Below, in pieces: positions 1 to 14,051 of a stretch of 64,000 nt of DNA. The notes below the pieces were generated by a model. That model was not told the DNA's origin and searched no databases. It was given only the letters and a program-made list of their open reading frames with translations. Position numbers and translations under genes: made by a program. The DNA is from Lama glama (lineage: Eukaryota): contig CM052816.1 of the NCBI GenBank assembly GCA_028534125.1, positions 49,602,001-49,666,000 of the forward strand. Direction: 5' to 3'. The stretch's first letter is position 1, and the number at the start of each line of letters is the position of its first letter.

Positions 1-3000
1 TCTGATATTCTTACATCCCATTCCTTGCTATGTTGCCTGACAAGGAATTTTGGTGGCTTTGCAAAAGAATTATTATTTTTGCATGATGGAGATCAATTTT
101 AACTTAATGTAAACTGTGCTTACAGTATAACTATTTCTTGGTGTAATTTTGTTATTTTAAAACTATTTTAATAATTTCCCTGCTTATTAAGAACATCTTT
201 GGATAAATGCAACTTATGAACATTTTTTCCTCCAAATATTTATTTGACTCTAGAGTGATCTGAACATCATAGAGTTTAAACTGTGTTTTAAATATAGTTT
301 TGTTTTCAGATAAGAGCAGATGTTTTTGTTGTTGATTTCAGCACAGATGATTAGAAAAGAACAATGTATTCTTAAGGAATATTTTAACTAATTTCACATA
401 CAGATGATATTAACATTAAGAAAATTTGCATTTAGTAAAGCAGACATTCCTTTTATATAAAACTGCCAACGGGAGCCAAATTTTTCTTTTAATTTTATCA
501 AAGTGTATAAGAAAGAGTATTATTGTGTAGTTGTGTTAAAACTTTTGACAAGATATATTTGTAAGGCTTAGTTTTGTAAGGAATATGAATAATTGTAGAA
601 AGTGGATTGTGATTTTTTTTTAGTCCTTTTTGGTACTTCTTACCTCCAGTTATTTCAACAATTATTTTTCTTAGTTAAGCATTTATTCTGTTTATGTGTC
701 TTTTCAGTGATATTTATCAAAATATATATTTTATTTAAAACTATTATCCATAATATATTTACTATATTATTAATATTCTCTGTTTTCACTCTCATCTCCT
801 CCCATCAACAAAATTTATCTAGAGTGATCTTTTCCGAGCTCAGACTGCTTTATCTTTTGTGGTCCTTCTTTAATTTATCTTCCTTTCCTCTTATTTCTCC
901 ATTCTGTTTAAACTATCAACAAAATGGAGTCTTCTGTTGGCCACAAAAATTGTACCTGAATTAAACTTTCATGTCTCCTCACCCAATATCTTTATCAAAT
1001 TCAATTTCTTCCTTCAGATTCACAGCATAATTGGACAGTAACTTCTTCTAATACTTACTTTAGTTTCTTTAAATTATTCAGATACTTCTAACAGGAGATC
1101 TGCTACCCTTCCAAGTTCAACAGGAGAAGAAGTAATAAAGTAAATGGGGGTGTTTCTTGGTGCCATATAGTCACACACACCTGATCACTAGTTGTTAATG
1201 TATGAATTATGAATTAAAAATTATTTTAAAAAATAAATATATGCATGCTTTATCTAAACATGTAGGTGCCTAGTAGATACTACTACTGAGTGATACTATG
1301 TATTAAATGTTTGCAGTATGGACATTATATTAAAAATCTAAGTTATTTTACCTGTGAGGTACACAGAATTGGATTAATTATAATTCAATAATTAATAAAT
1401 TATCATTGTTCAGAATATTTTTTAAAGAAAATAGTAGGTTTCTGTCTAGACTAACATATACTGTAAAAAATTAGGAAAAGGCAATATAACTCAGTAAATT
1501 AATGCAATATTAGATAGTGTTTTACTTGTATTATGATACTACAAAATGATATGGGCTTTTCTCTTTACAATAGAGCATATTTGATTTGCCCTATATTTAC
1601 AATTATTATGACTGCCATTATTAAAACAGACAAGTGATGATTCTGTTCCCATATAATTCCTTTTACAATATTCTTGTGCTTCACTCTGTCTTTATTTTTT
1701 TCAAATATGCCTGATTTCTTTTATTTGAACCTTTCCCTGCAGAAAGCAAGGACTTACTGACTGCTTTTTTGTGTGGATTTGTAGAAGGGATGCATGATAT
1801 ATCACATCTGCATTTCTCCTCATGGAGCTATATCCCTGTATAGAACTTGAAGCATCCACCTGATAATTATTTTCATCTCCAAATGTTCTGATGGGATGTA
1901 TTAGCCTACAGCAACATGTTTGTAGCATCTGAGTTAGCAGGGCAGTTTCGCCTAACACCTATTTTTGTAACTACCGGAAGCATCATTTTATTTATCTTAG
2001 TTGAATCTTATGTTCAGGTACTTAAACATCTTATCATTGAGTACAAAAACACATCCACTAACTATACAAGAAATTCCTTCAAACTAAGTTATGTCCCAAG
2101 ATCTAATTATAAACTAATGAGATTCACATTTTTAAAGCAACCACAACAGATACTGTACCTCCATATGAGTCATGTTTAGAGGTGATATATGTAATCCAAT
2201 TATGTTGCTGTTGCTCAGGTAATTTTTGGTAACTCTGTTTTCCAATTTCCTTCAAAAATTGCAATATCAATTAGTCCCTTTCATACACTAAAAACTGTGC
2301 TGCTATATTCATCAGACTTTGGTCTAATAAGTAGGCCTTCAAAAACAAAGACTTCCAGATATTAAGATGTGTATAATATACGTGTGTATCGGTGGGTGTG
2401 AAATACAGATCAGTTCATAATTTTAATAACACTCTTCAGTGAAGTTAAGTCACTGGCTGCTTCTCCCATTTTGTACTAATCCAATTTTCATTTATTTTTT
2501 ATTTAAATATCATAGTAAGGACGGGCTTGATAAACTGATTACACCAATGCCTTTGCTCATTCCTTTAAAAAAATTAAGACATTTACATTAGAAAATTGAC
2601 TGCTAAAAATGAACTAATCGATACAAAATTCTATTTATTAACTAGAATCTGCATCATATCAGGCTTATTCTCATATAAATTTCTTCCTTCCTCTTAATTT
2701 ATTTTGTTTTATTAGCTATTATTTTACCTCTCTAGAAATACCATTTATTCACCAAATTAATGAAATCATTATAAGAATTAAAATAGGGACAGAAATGGAA
2801 TATATTATTGAATGGGATCAATCAGTCAGAAAATGAGACAGTGGCAGTCTTATAGCTGTGCAGTAAATCAATGCCTAAATTTAATCAAACCACAACTCAC
2901 TGGTTTTTGTTCATACTACCTCAAAAACAAAGCTTGAATTTTTCCTTATTCTCTTGCCTAAGGGGAGATTTTTAATTGCTTTAATAGTCATTTGTCATTT

Positions 3001-4415
3001 TTTAATATCACAGAAAGAAACTGAGTTTGAATTTATATGAACGTAGTTATTAATACTGAGTCAGGTCATATAATAAAAAATTATGATTAGGAAAAAATTG
3101 AATTTTCAAATGAATATAAAAGGAACAATCTTTTTAGCAATCAGCTATGTTAAAACACTAAACTACAAAAGCCATATGGTTCTTCACATGTTTATAAAGT
3201 TAAAATTTCATAATATACTTAAATGTAAAACTGCATTTGGGACTTATTAACATCTGTTCCCAACTGGTATGATGACAGAGGTTACTGCCTGGATAAGTAG
3301 TTTATGCTAGACATCTTGTGACCTCTGTGATGCCCATCAGAGGTGAGACAGCAGTGATTCGGCACACCTGAGCTTCATCGTTTTTACTAGTTCCTTCTCA
3401 ATCTCTAAATATGTTTTATCTTTTAAATGATTGATTTGGCCACTGAGGAAGAACATCTAAGAACTCATCACATATAAGGGAACATTGGCTGGGAGTAATA
3501 AAGATACAAAGCTATAGTTTTATATATAAATATGTATTTATAGTTTTATAAACAGACTATATACAAATAAGCTATATATATATGTGCAGCAAACGCAGGA
3601 CACAGTGATTAGATATTTTCCCCTAACTTTCAAAATATTGTTTTAGTCTTACAAAAATATTACTTCTGTTTATAATGAGCTTTGTGATTTTTCTTAATTA
3701 TGCTACATATTTCTTTAAGATCTCTTTCCTGTTTTCTTGTAGAGTTTAATTCTGCATGGCTAACTATGCTCAATTATTCTACAACTCATGCATTTTGAAA
3801 AGGAATGATATCCAATCATGGTATTCTCTAATGAACAAGAGTTGCTTTTACATTTTGATCTTAGCACTTTATTTCCTTGGGGGTCTGAAGTAAAGCTTCA
3901 CATCCTTGTTTTTGTTTGCCTACATTTGTTACAGACTTTCTCCTTTTTTATACAGACATGCTGCCTATTTTCCCTCTAGTGCCTAGAGCAACTTGACTAA
4001 TTATTTTATCAAGTATATTCTTGTTCATAAATACATGCTAAGCAAGCTTAAATATTAAAACCTAATATATAAAGACTAAAAAGTTTATTACTACAAGCTC
4101 TAAAAAATAGAAAGAACTCATTTATAGATTCTCAGTGGAACAGGGAAGAAATCATTGCTTCTAAAGATTTAGCTTTGGTCAATTCACTAAGACATTAGTG
4201 AAAAGACCTAATAGTGCTTGCTTACTTCTTTTTTGATATAACAAAACTTCCTTACTGAAATGTATTTGGTAATGATGTTGAATTGTGAGAAAATAATTGT
4301 TATTTAAATTTATTTTATATGTAGATAGGATTTTCATATTTCATATTGTTATACTTCTATTTTACTCAGATAAAGTTTAAAATAGTAATAAAGATATGTA
4401 GATGGAAAAGGAAAG

Positions 4416-4837
4416 TGTTATCAGCCAGTGTTCTCCAGAGAAGCAGAATCAAAAGGATATATATAGAGAGAGACATATAAAATATGTAAAATAATGAGAT
4501 TTATATTACAGAATTGGTTCGTGGGATTGTGAGGCTGGCCAAGTCTGAAATCTGCAGGGTAGGCCAGGCCAGTTGAAAACTCGAATTTCTGTTTTACAGT
4601 CTTCAGGCAAAGTTTTGTCTTCTCAGGGAACCCTCAGTTTTTGCTTTTAAGGCCTTCAACTGATTGAATGAAGCCCACCCACATTATGGAGAGAAGTCTG
4701 CTTTATTTAAAGTCAACTGACTGTAGGTGTCAATTACATCAACCAAATACCTTCACAACAGTATCTAGATTAGTATTTGACCAAGTAACTGGGTGCCATA
4801 GTCTAGCCAGGTTGACACAGGAAATTTAACCATCACA
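4416..4837 (-). mobile_element. MLT2-family (ERVL) solo LTR, MLT2D-like
   Basis: TG...CA termini. Minus strand starts TGTGATGGTTAAATTT..TGTGTCAAC as in MLT2. Perfect 5-bp TSD GAAAG at 4411-4415 and 4838-4842. Confidence 0.88.
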
Positions 4838-5254
4838 GAAAGTGAGTAAAAATTATATAAATGCAAAATATTTTCCTTTTCACCAAATTTATTTCAGGAA
4901 AACAGATCAAGTGTCATTTCCAGTGTTTGAAACCAATGCACATTGCCCTACTGTCTGTGTATGCTTAGACTTCAAGCCTTATTTAATTTCTATTCCTCCT
5001 TGCATTGGTTGGATTCATTGTTAAGGCCATCTCCGATTGTCTGGGTCAGTTTTTTTATTGTCCCAAGTTTCACCTCAAAGTTGATTATAAATAGAACACT
5101 GAGAAGTATTAATTTAATATTCCAGGGATTTTTTTTTTTAAGCTCAGGGAAGGCATTAAACTTTCCAGTTCATGATGGGTGGGATAAAACCCCTTGGACC
5201 TGAAGCCCTGAATCTATGCCTTAAGGTTTTTCTGTCTTCAGATAATTAGCCATA

Positions 5255-5400
5255 TGGTTCCATTTACAGGTTTTATTTTCATCATCTGTAAAATGGATTA
5301 GTGACAGTGCCCACCTTAAAGATTTGCTGTAGGAATCAGACATGATGATGCATTAAAGTGTTTACCACATGATGGCCATTCTGTACTAAGTGTAGGGAAC
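5255..5400 (+). mobile_element. MIR SINE remnant
   Basis: MIR core ttttcatcatctgtaaaatgga...gctgtaggaat. Confidence 0.65.
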
Positions 5401-5479
5401 CTAAGCACAATGTTGTTTTCACTTTCATTATCATCGTTATTTGCCGTGTTATTGTTATTTTTATTATGATTATTTGTCA

Positions 5480-5700
5480 ATCAATGTGCTGAGTATTTTA
5501 TGTATAGTATTTTATTTAATTTTCATGATAAAGCTATACAACTAATTTTATATATATATATATATATATTCCTAAATAAAGAGGAGAACACTGAATTTTA
5601 AAGCATGAAGAAATATACCTAAGGTTACATAATAAGCAAGTGACAAAAGGGTTCAAATTCCAGTTTCTCTGGAAAAACTTGTGCTTATTCTACTGCAGCA
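5480..5700 (-). mobile_element. MIR SINE remnant with an internal (TA)n tract
   Basis: gaggagaacactga...cctaaggttaca...gggttcaaattccag resembles reverse MIR core. (TA)~10 at about 5549-5569. Confidence 0.55.
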
Positions 5701-6069
5701 AACTGCCTTCTGGTCACTTATAAATACTTTTAAATAGCATATATTTCTTTCAGTGGTAAGAGAAATACACAGCTATCCAAGATTTTTGTCATGCATAGGT
5801 TGTAAAGCTATACCTAATTACATGTGCAAAATTTGACCTATTATTTTAAATGGCAATCTGATTACTGTAGTAATTTATGGACCTTGTAGACATTTTTAAA
5901 ATAGTAAGATAAGAAATGACAATCCCTCTGACTGCCTTTATCCATATTGAATATTGTGCATTTTTATAAAACATCCTGCCTCAGTCCAGTTGGTCTTACA
6001 GCCTTCTTCATCCCAGTGGCTCAATCTAGAATCTTCAGGGTCAACTTTGATGACACCTACTACCTCTCC

Positions 6070-6852
6070 TTCTCACAGGACCCGTTTAGCTTCTTCCTCA
6101 AAAATATATCCAAAATCTAATCACTTCTTGCCGTCACATATGCCACCACCCTGGTCCAAGTCACCATCTTCTCACATTTGGCTTGTTATGCAGTAGCCTC
6201 CTACTGGTCTTCTTCTTGGTACCCTTGGCCCATCTGCAGTTATAGAGAGGCCAGGGTAGTCTCTTACAAGGCCATAAGATCCCATCACTCTGCAGCCCTG
6301 AGGCTTAATACTTTAGTAATTCTTGCTCACCCCTGCAGTAAATTTAGGATTAAAACTGGATATAACTTGGACTCTTCTCCATTACCTCCCTGGCTGCATT
6401 TCCTCTACAGCTACTCTGCCCTTCCTTTTCTATAAAACAAACACAAACCTTGAGCACATTCCTGTCTTGCACAGGACTTTGCATTCACAGATCCATTGTC
6501 TGACAGCTTCTCCTGCAAGGATCTGCATGAACTCTCTGTCTCATCCTTCATGTCTTGACCTGAAGATGCCTTCTCAGAAAGGCCCTCTCTTTATCTGTAA
6601 AAAGGTCACACTTTCTCCATCTTGTCATGGTCCCCTGCTCTGCTTTTTTTTTTTTAATGTTATCACTGTCTGCACACTTTTATGTATGTAGCTTGTTTAT
6701 CTTCTGTCCAGCCTGAACATAAACTCCCCAAGGAAAGGGATTTTTTATTATTACTGTTTTATTCAGTACTGAATCCCTAGCTGCTGAAACAAGTGTTCAG
6801 TACACGGTAGATGCTTGATAAATATTTGTTGTGTGAGTGAATTAATGAATAA
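6070..6852 (+). mobile_element. L2 (L2a-like) 3' fragment
   Basis: ccaccaccctggtccaag-caccatc motif and L2 3' end cggtagatgcttgataaatatttgttg...gaattaatgaat. Confidence 0.8.
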
Positions 6853-9211
6853 ATTAAACCCTACTGATTTAATGCTAATTTTAAAGCATTATTAACCCAA
6901 GAAAATACATAGTTCTTCCCTGTATGCTAATACAGAGAGAAAGGGTGATGATAGATATATTTCCCAATTTAGGAAATAAATAAAAGGATAACACTAATAA
7001 TTTGATGACAGTCTTAAAGTTGCTTTAAAATTACTTGAATCCCTTGGCAGTGAAAAGCCATCACATTGATCTTTGTCTGTTGTTTCAGTAGAATAAAATA
7101 CATTACGTTTAGTAATTCTTTTAGCATGGTGTCCTAACAATGTCAATAATTCAGCCATTGTTTAGTAATTACTGAACAGAACCTGCAGCAGTGATTTCTA
7201 AAAAGCTCGAGACTTGACAACAACCACTGTCTAGTGCTGGGCGTGGGTAGAGGAGTGGGTGGGCTTAGGTCAAGGAGGCAGCCGAAATGGTGTTAGCAGG
7301 ACCACTGGCTTCTTGGACTCTTAAGTAGAATAAAAAAGGGCTTGCAAATTTTTTGTGCAATAACTTCCCCCTTATTGCTTTGTTATCAATTTATGTCTAA
7401 TAAGCTCAAAGACATTTTCAAGTAATTTTATTTTCAAACTTGAGTGAAATGCAGAATTTTAAGCCTTTGAGTAATACCTTTAAAAATAAAATAAAATGTA
7501 TCTGGATACAATACTCTTGGGATACACCTTTCTGTTTATAATTATTTATCCAGTACAGCCAAGATTTAGAGATGCATTCTGTGTTTTGCATCTAATTTTA
7601 TACTTCTCAAAACATAAATCTAAATGAGAGAACATCCAGAATTTCTTATCTAATTTAAATATGTTACAACATCGTTGATTGTTTTAGAAACTTACTAGAG
7701 TTTCTTGAAAACGAGTGAACAATCCAGTTCCCCAAAATAAAAAAGAATAAAAACCACTGTACATGTCAAGTAATAGTTTGTGCCATGGGTTTAGTTTTTT
7801 TTTTTTTTAAAGGCAGTGTGATATCTGTCTGAGACTGAGGCCCTCTGAAATCTATTTCAATCCATAACATAGTGTTTAAAAAAGTGTGTTGGGAGGAATT
7901 GTGGAAGTACTAATCTATGAATATAAACAAAGTTAAATAAGAATGATCAGAAAGTGAATAAATAGGGACTTTTCCCCAGAATTTTAACATTCTGCATCTT
8001 TACCTGTCTAAACACATTGTTATGCAGTAAGTTTTATACATAAGATCATGAAGAAACCACTGAAAATTCTGATCCATGTTGAGCTCGTATGATAGGCCAG
8101 TCCTCAGTCTGATATCTTTTGGCAGAATGCTCAAGCAAGTGTCCTAAATTTCAGAATTTCTGAGAATTTATAGAGCTCCAGAAGAGGGAGATCAACATAT
8201 TTTTAAATAACTTGAGTTTTCAGACTGTGGGGTATTTTTTCAGTCTTCTGTGTTTATATCTTTCCAATTTCTGTATTCCTTGACATTTGGGTGGGTGGTG
8301 GGAGGTTGATAGATAAAACTATTGCTTCACACTACTTTTGTTTTCACTAGGAAAATGAAGGAACCAGTAAAATCTGTTCCCATAAAGGCATTCTTTCATT
8401 TCATTCCGTGAAACCTGTGCCTGGTTTTTATGACCTGTCGTCACACTGTCATCACACTGGGGCGTCTTCTCCCCAGGAGACAGACCATCTTCACTCTTCC
8501 AAGTCATGCATGCTTTGCTCATTCTTACTTCAAAGCTTTAATTCATGTTTGTCTGACTAGGGCATGCTTTCCTTTCCCTTTTATATCCCCCAAATCTATC
8601 CATCTTTTCAACTCATCTCAGGTTCTACGTCTCCCATCTGCTGTAACCGACACAGACGTCTCTTTCTCCAAATCTCAGCTTGTGTATCTGTTAGGAATGT
8701 TCTTTGTGGCAGGGAACTGAGATCAGCATGGCTGGGGAAGGAGTCCATTCTCTAAGATCACAGGATCTTTGCTGCTACCTCTCAAATAAACCCTGTTTCT
8801 ATGAGTATGAAAGAAGGGATAAAATAGTTATTGGGGAGACAATAGCTTCTATCCTTAAAGGGGCTTGAGTTCCTTTATTACATACTAGATGTGCACTGCA
8901 GTTGCTTGTCTCCCTTACCTGGGGACTCAGACTTGACTGTGACTCATTCTTGTATTGTATTCCCAGCAATGCTGAAGACAGAGTCAGGGATCAATATCCA
9001 TGTTGTGATAGGTAGATACTTATCATTAAAAGTATTATCACCCATTAGGATCATAAAACAAAAAGAAATTAAATGAACATAGTGCTTTTCAGATATATAA
9101 AATATGTTAAGTTATGTGACATTACCCTTGTACAGCTACTATATCCTCCTGAGTTTGTGTAAATTATGGTCATTTTTTTTCAGATAAAATATATTTTATT
9201 TTTTTAAAGTG

Positions 9212-11873
9212 TTTTTTTAATTGAAGTGTAGTTGATTTATAATGTTTCCGGTGTACATCAAAGTGATTCAGTTATATATACCCATATATACTCTTTTTCA
9301 GATTCTTTCCCATTATAGATTATTACAAGATATGGAATATAGTTCCCTGTGCCATACAATAGGGCTTTGTTGTTTATCTATTTTATATATAGTAGTGCGT
9401 GTCTGTTAATCCCAAATTCCTAATTTATCCCTCCCCACACTTTCCTCTTTGGTAACCATAAGTTTGTTTTCTTTGTCTGTGAATCTCTTTCTGTTTTGTA
9501 AATAGGTTCATATGTATCTTTTTTTAAAGATTCCATTCATAAATCATATCATATAGTTGTCTTTCTCTGATTTACTTCACTTATGATAATATCTGGGTTC
9601 ATCCATGTTGCTGCAAATGACATCATTTTTTATAGCTGAATAGTATTCCATTTTGTGTGTGTGTGTATATATATGTATATACCAAATTTATTTATCCAGT
9701 CATCTGTCCATGGACTCTTAGATTGCTTCCATGTGTTGGTTATTGTAAATAGTGCTCCAGTGAACACTGGGGTGCATGTATTTTTTCAAGTTAGTATTTC
9801 TTCCAGATATATGCCCAGGAGTGCGATTGCTGGATCATATGATAACTCTATTCTTTATTTTTTAAGGAACCTAGATACTATTCTCCACAATGGCTACACC
9901 AATTTACATTCCCACCAACAGTGTAAGAGGGTTCCACATGTTCTTCAGCATTTATTATTTGTAGACTTTGATGATGGCCATTCTGACCAGTGTGAGGTGA
10001 TATCTCATTGTGGTCTTGATTCGCACTTCTCTAGTAATTAGTGATATTGAGCATCTTTTCATGTACCTGTCGGCCATCCATATGTCTTCTTTGGAGAAAT
10101 GTCTATCTAGGTCTTCTGCCCATTTTTCGATTGGGTGGTTGTTTCTTCTTTTGATATTAAGCTGTATGAACTGTTTGTGTATTTTGGAAATGAAGTCCAT
10201 GTTGGTTGTATCATTTGTAAATATTTTCTCCCATTCCATAGGCTGTCTTTTTGTTGTGTTTATGGTTTCCTTTGCTGTACAAAAGCTTTTAAGTTTAATT
10301 AGGTCCTATTTGTTTGTTTTTGCTTTTGTTTCCATTACTCTAGGAGGAGGATCAAAAAAAAATATTGCTGAGATGTATGTCAAAGAGTGCTCAGCCTGTA
10401 TTTTCCTCTAGGAGATTTATAGTTTCAGGTCTTATTATATTTAGGTCTTTATTCCATTTTCAGTTCATTTTTCTGTATGGCATGAGAAAATGTTCTCATT
10501 TCATTCTTTTACAGGTATCTGTCTAGTTTTCCCAGCACCACTTATTGAAGAGACTCTCTTTTATCCATTGTATATTCTTGCTTCCCTTGTCATAGATTAA
10601 TTGACCATACATGCATGAGTTTATTTCTGTGCTTTCTATCTTGTTCCATTGATCTATGTGTCTGTTTTGGGGCCAGTACCATATTGTTTTAATTGCTGTA
10701 GTTTTGTAGTACAATCTGAAGTCAGGGAGCATAATTCTTCCAGTTATGTTCTTTTTTTCTCAAGATTGTTTTGGGTATTCAGAGTCTTTTGTGTTTCCAT
10801 ACAAAGTTTAAAAATTTTTGTTCTAGTTCTGTGAAAAATACCATTGGTAATTTGATAGGGATTGCATTGAATCTGTAGATTGCCTTGAGTGGTATGGTCA
10901 TTTTAACAATATTGAGTCTTCCAATTCAAGAACATGGTCTGTCTTTTCATCTGTTTGTGTTGTCTTCAATTTATTTCATCTGAGTCTTACAGCTTTTGGA
11001 GTACAGGTCTTTTGCCTCTTTAGGTAGGCTTATTCCTAGGTATTTTATTCTTTTTGATGTGATGATAAATGGGATTGTTTCCTTAATTTGTCTTCCTCAT
11101 ATTTTGTTGTTAGTGTATAGAAACCCAACAGATTTGTGTGTTAATTTTGTATCCTTCAACTTTACGAAATTCACTGATGAGCTTTAGTAGCTTTCTGGAG
11201 GTGCCTTTAGAATTTTCTATGTATAGTAGCACGTCATCTGAAAACAGTGACCATTTTACTTTTACCTTTCCAATTTGGATTCCTTTTATTTCCTTTTCTT
11301 CTCTGATTGCTCTGACTAGGACTTCCAAAATGATGTTGAATAAAAATTGTGAGACTGCACATCCTTGTCTGGTTTCTGATCTTAGAGGGAATACTTTCAG
11401 CTTTTCACCACTGAGGATGTTAGCTGTGGGTTTGTCATATATGGCCTATATTACGTTGAGGTATAGTCCCTCTTTGCCCACTTTCTGGAGAGTTTTTATC
11501 ATAAATGGATGTTGGATTTTATCGAAAGCTCTTTCTGTGTCTATTAAGAGGATCATATGGTTTTTATTCTTTAGTGTGTTAATGTGATGTATCACATTGA
11601 TTAATTTGTGAATATTGAAACATCTTTGTATCCCTGGGATAAATCCTGCTTGATCATGGTATATGATCCTTTTAATGTGTTGTTCAAGTTGGTTTGCCAA
11701 CATTTTGTTGAGGATTTTTACATCTGTGTTCATCAGTGATTTTGGCTTGTAATTTTCTTTTTTTTGTGTGATACCTTTGTCTGGTTTTGGTATAAGAGTG
11801 ATGCTGGTCTTATAGAATTAGTTCAGAAGTGTTCCTTCCTCTGCAATTTTTTTGGAATAGTTTCAGAAGGATA
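9212..11873 (-). mobile_element. 5'-truncated, decayed LINE-1 (ORF2 RT to C-terminus, 3'UTR, poly-A)
   Basis: Minus-strand ORF2 fragments: [30 protein letters not shown] (11446-11733), SLFSDD RT motif (FSDD at 11233-11244), LPDFRLYYK (10523-10732), WEKIF..RYHLT (9955-10239). T-rich tail near 9194-9218. Frameshifts and stops throughout. Confidence 0.96.
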
Positions 11874-11931
11874 CATGTTAAACACATTTATTGATGTATA
11901 TCATTCCCTAATCACTTTGATTCCCTACAGG

Positions 11932-12395
11932 TATATTAGTTTCCCAAAGTTACCATAACAAATTACCATAACCTTGTTGGCTTAAAATAACACGGATTTG
12001 TTCTCCTACAGTTCTGGAGGCCAGAGGTCTGAAACCAAGGTGTCATTGAGGTTGTGCTCCCCGTGAGTCCTCCAAGGGAGACATCCTCCCTTGCCTCTCC
12101 TAGTTCATGGTGGCTGTCAGCACTCCTCGGCTTCCTTGGTTGTTGCCACGTTGCTCCAATCTCTTCCTCCATAATGGCATCATCCTATTCTCTTCTCTTT
12201 GGCTTCTCTTTTTTTGTCTCTTATAAGGACACTTTGTCATTGCATTTAGGACCCACCCAGGTAATTTCGGGTGATTTCATCTCAAAATCTTTTCGTTACA
12301 TTTGCAAAGACCCTTTTTTCAAATAAGGTCACATTTAAAGGTTCAGGGATTTGGTCATGGACATATCTTTGTAGGATGCCATTCAGGGTACTACA
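11932..12395 (-). mobile_element. MLT1C-like MaLR solo LTR
   Basis: MLT1 motifs cagttctggaggccagaggtctgaaaccaaggtgtca and tttgcaaagacccttttttcaaataaggtcacatt. 464 bp, imperfect TSD ACAGG (11927-11931) / ACAGC (12396-12400). Confidence 0.85.
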
Positions 12396-14051
12396 ACAGC
12401 TTAAAGTAAACGTGGAAAATAAATGTACAGTGAGTTTGGTGGTCATTTTTGAGACCTGAAATTTTTAAGTAAATGAACATATTAATGTGTAATGAAAGAT
12501 GTGCCAGAATGGGCAGATTATGTATTCTTGCACCTCTAAGATTTGTTATTTCCTGGTTTAGAAATTGGTCGTAAAATTAGAATGATGAAATCATAGTTTA
12601 CTCAGTAAAGCGGCACAGAGAGCATTCATAAAGCCTGTAGACATTGTCATAGCCTCAGCCAATATAATTCGGTAAAGTTGGAGCTAATCTCGGTATTAGT
12701 GGAAATTCTATATGTTCTAAGAAATGGGTTCTGAGTAAAACAAAATTAGATAATAACTATAACAATATATATGTTATTTTAAACAAATGTATATTTAAGA
12801 AACATCTGGAGAGAAAAAAAACAGAGATAAACAATATTTTTGCCACATTATAAAGTAACTCCTTTTCATTTTAAAGAAGAAAAGTGTTATTCATAATTTT
12901 CTTAAGTATTTTGGCATAATTTTGTAATTACTTGAGGTTTCACAGGTTCTCCAGTTTTAATGCTGGATTCATTAATTTGTAAAAGCAAGAAAAAGAAAAG
13001 CAGAGCCCCAGATTATAGAAACCCAAAATGCATTTATTTTATCCAGTCAGCTTAGTTAGAATAACACAGAACTAAGAAACATAAAATTAACCTTTACCTT
13101 ATTTTTATTTTTATTTATTGGCAGAAAAATAATCAGCTCCATATGAGTGTTCTGATCTGAGTAGAAAACAAATATTTACTGTGGCAAATGAGAACAGTCT
13201 TTTGTGCAAATTCGTTTTAGCAATGTGGGAGCCAAAGCTTAACCTTCTTATAATGAATACAGAAACTTTTAAACTATTACTGTTTTAAATTTTACTCTTC
13301 TGATATTTTTAACATATAAATCTTGTTGGTAAGCCAATATACTTTTTATACCTAGAAAATGTCCTTTGAAGGTGATGGTGATAAAGGTTAAATTAGAATG
13401 TCCTTAAACACAAGTCTAAGCTCTTCCTAGTTTCAGGTAACAAGAACTAAGTGTCTCACTGTGTTGTGAAAACAACCCTTGGGAAATCATCATGTTGAGT
13501 AACTTGAGGGATAGAGCAGAAAATATCAGTAAATTGCTGTGAAAAATGTGTCAAGAAAACATTTTAAAGGAATTTTTTCCACTTTATTTACCAGTGAACT
13601 AGGTACTCAATAAATACATGTATTTCTGTTGCTGAGTGTTTATAGCACTGCCAGCTTCTCTACCCTATGATTGATAGATGTTGAGAATAGCCTTACTGTT
13701 CACCATCTGTCATTAGAGTGAAGTTTTTCAAGTGGACACAGCTTCTTTATAACATTTTAAATATTATGGCTGTTACACATTTCATTTTGCCTCTGTGAAA
13801 GAGATGTAGTCTTTTGCAATGACACATCTGACCTCATTGTTTTTCTTACTCCTTTGTCAGATTACTGCTCATCTTTATTTCTGCTGATTCTTTGAATGTT
13901 TCTAGCTTATTTTACATTATTTTGGGGCTGTCTAAAATCCTTCCTGGAAAAAAAGTGGGACACAGATTGGTGTGTGTAGAAGTAGAAGTTTACTGTTTTA
14001 ATGACTAAGGTTGTTTATAGGACACATTGCATTTCAAAATGATACAAAAGT

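Noticed and set aside
602..964. 120-aa hydrophobic ORF and other short ORFs in the track
   Set aside because: T-rich or repeat-derived sequence with non-ATG starts and no recognisable domain or exon structure.
9955..11733. Reverse-transcriptase ORFs as an active or novel RT system
   Set aside because: Fragmented ORF2 of a 5'-truncated L1 with frameshifts and stops, and no ORF1 or endonuclease domain.
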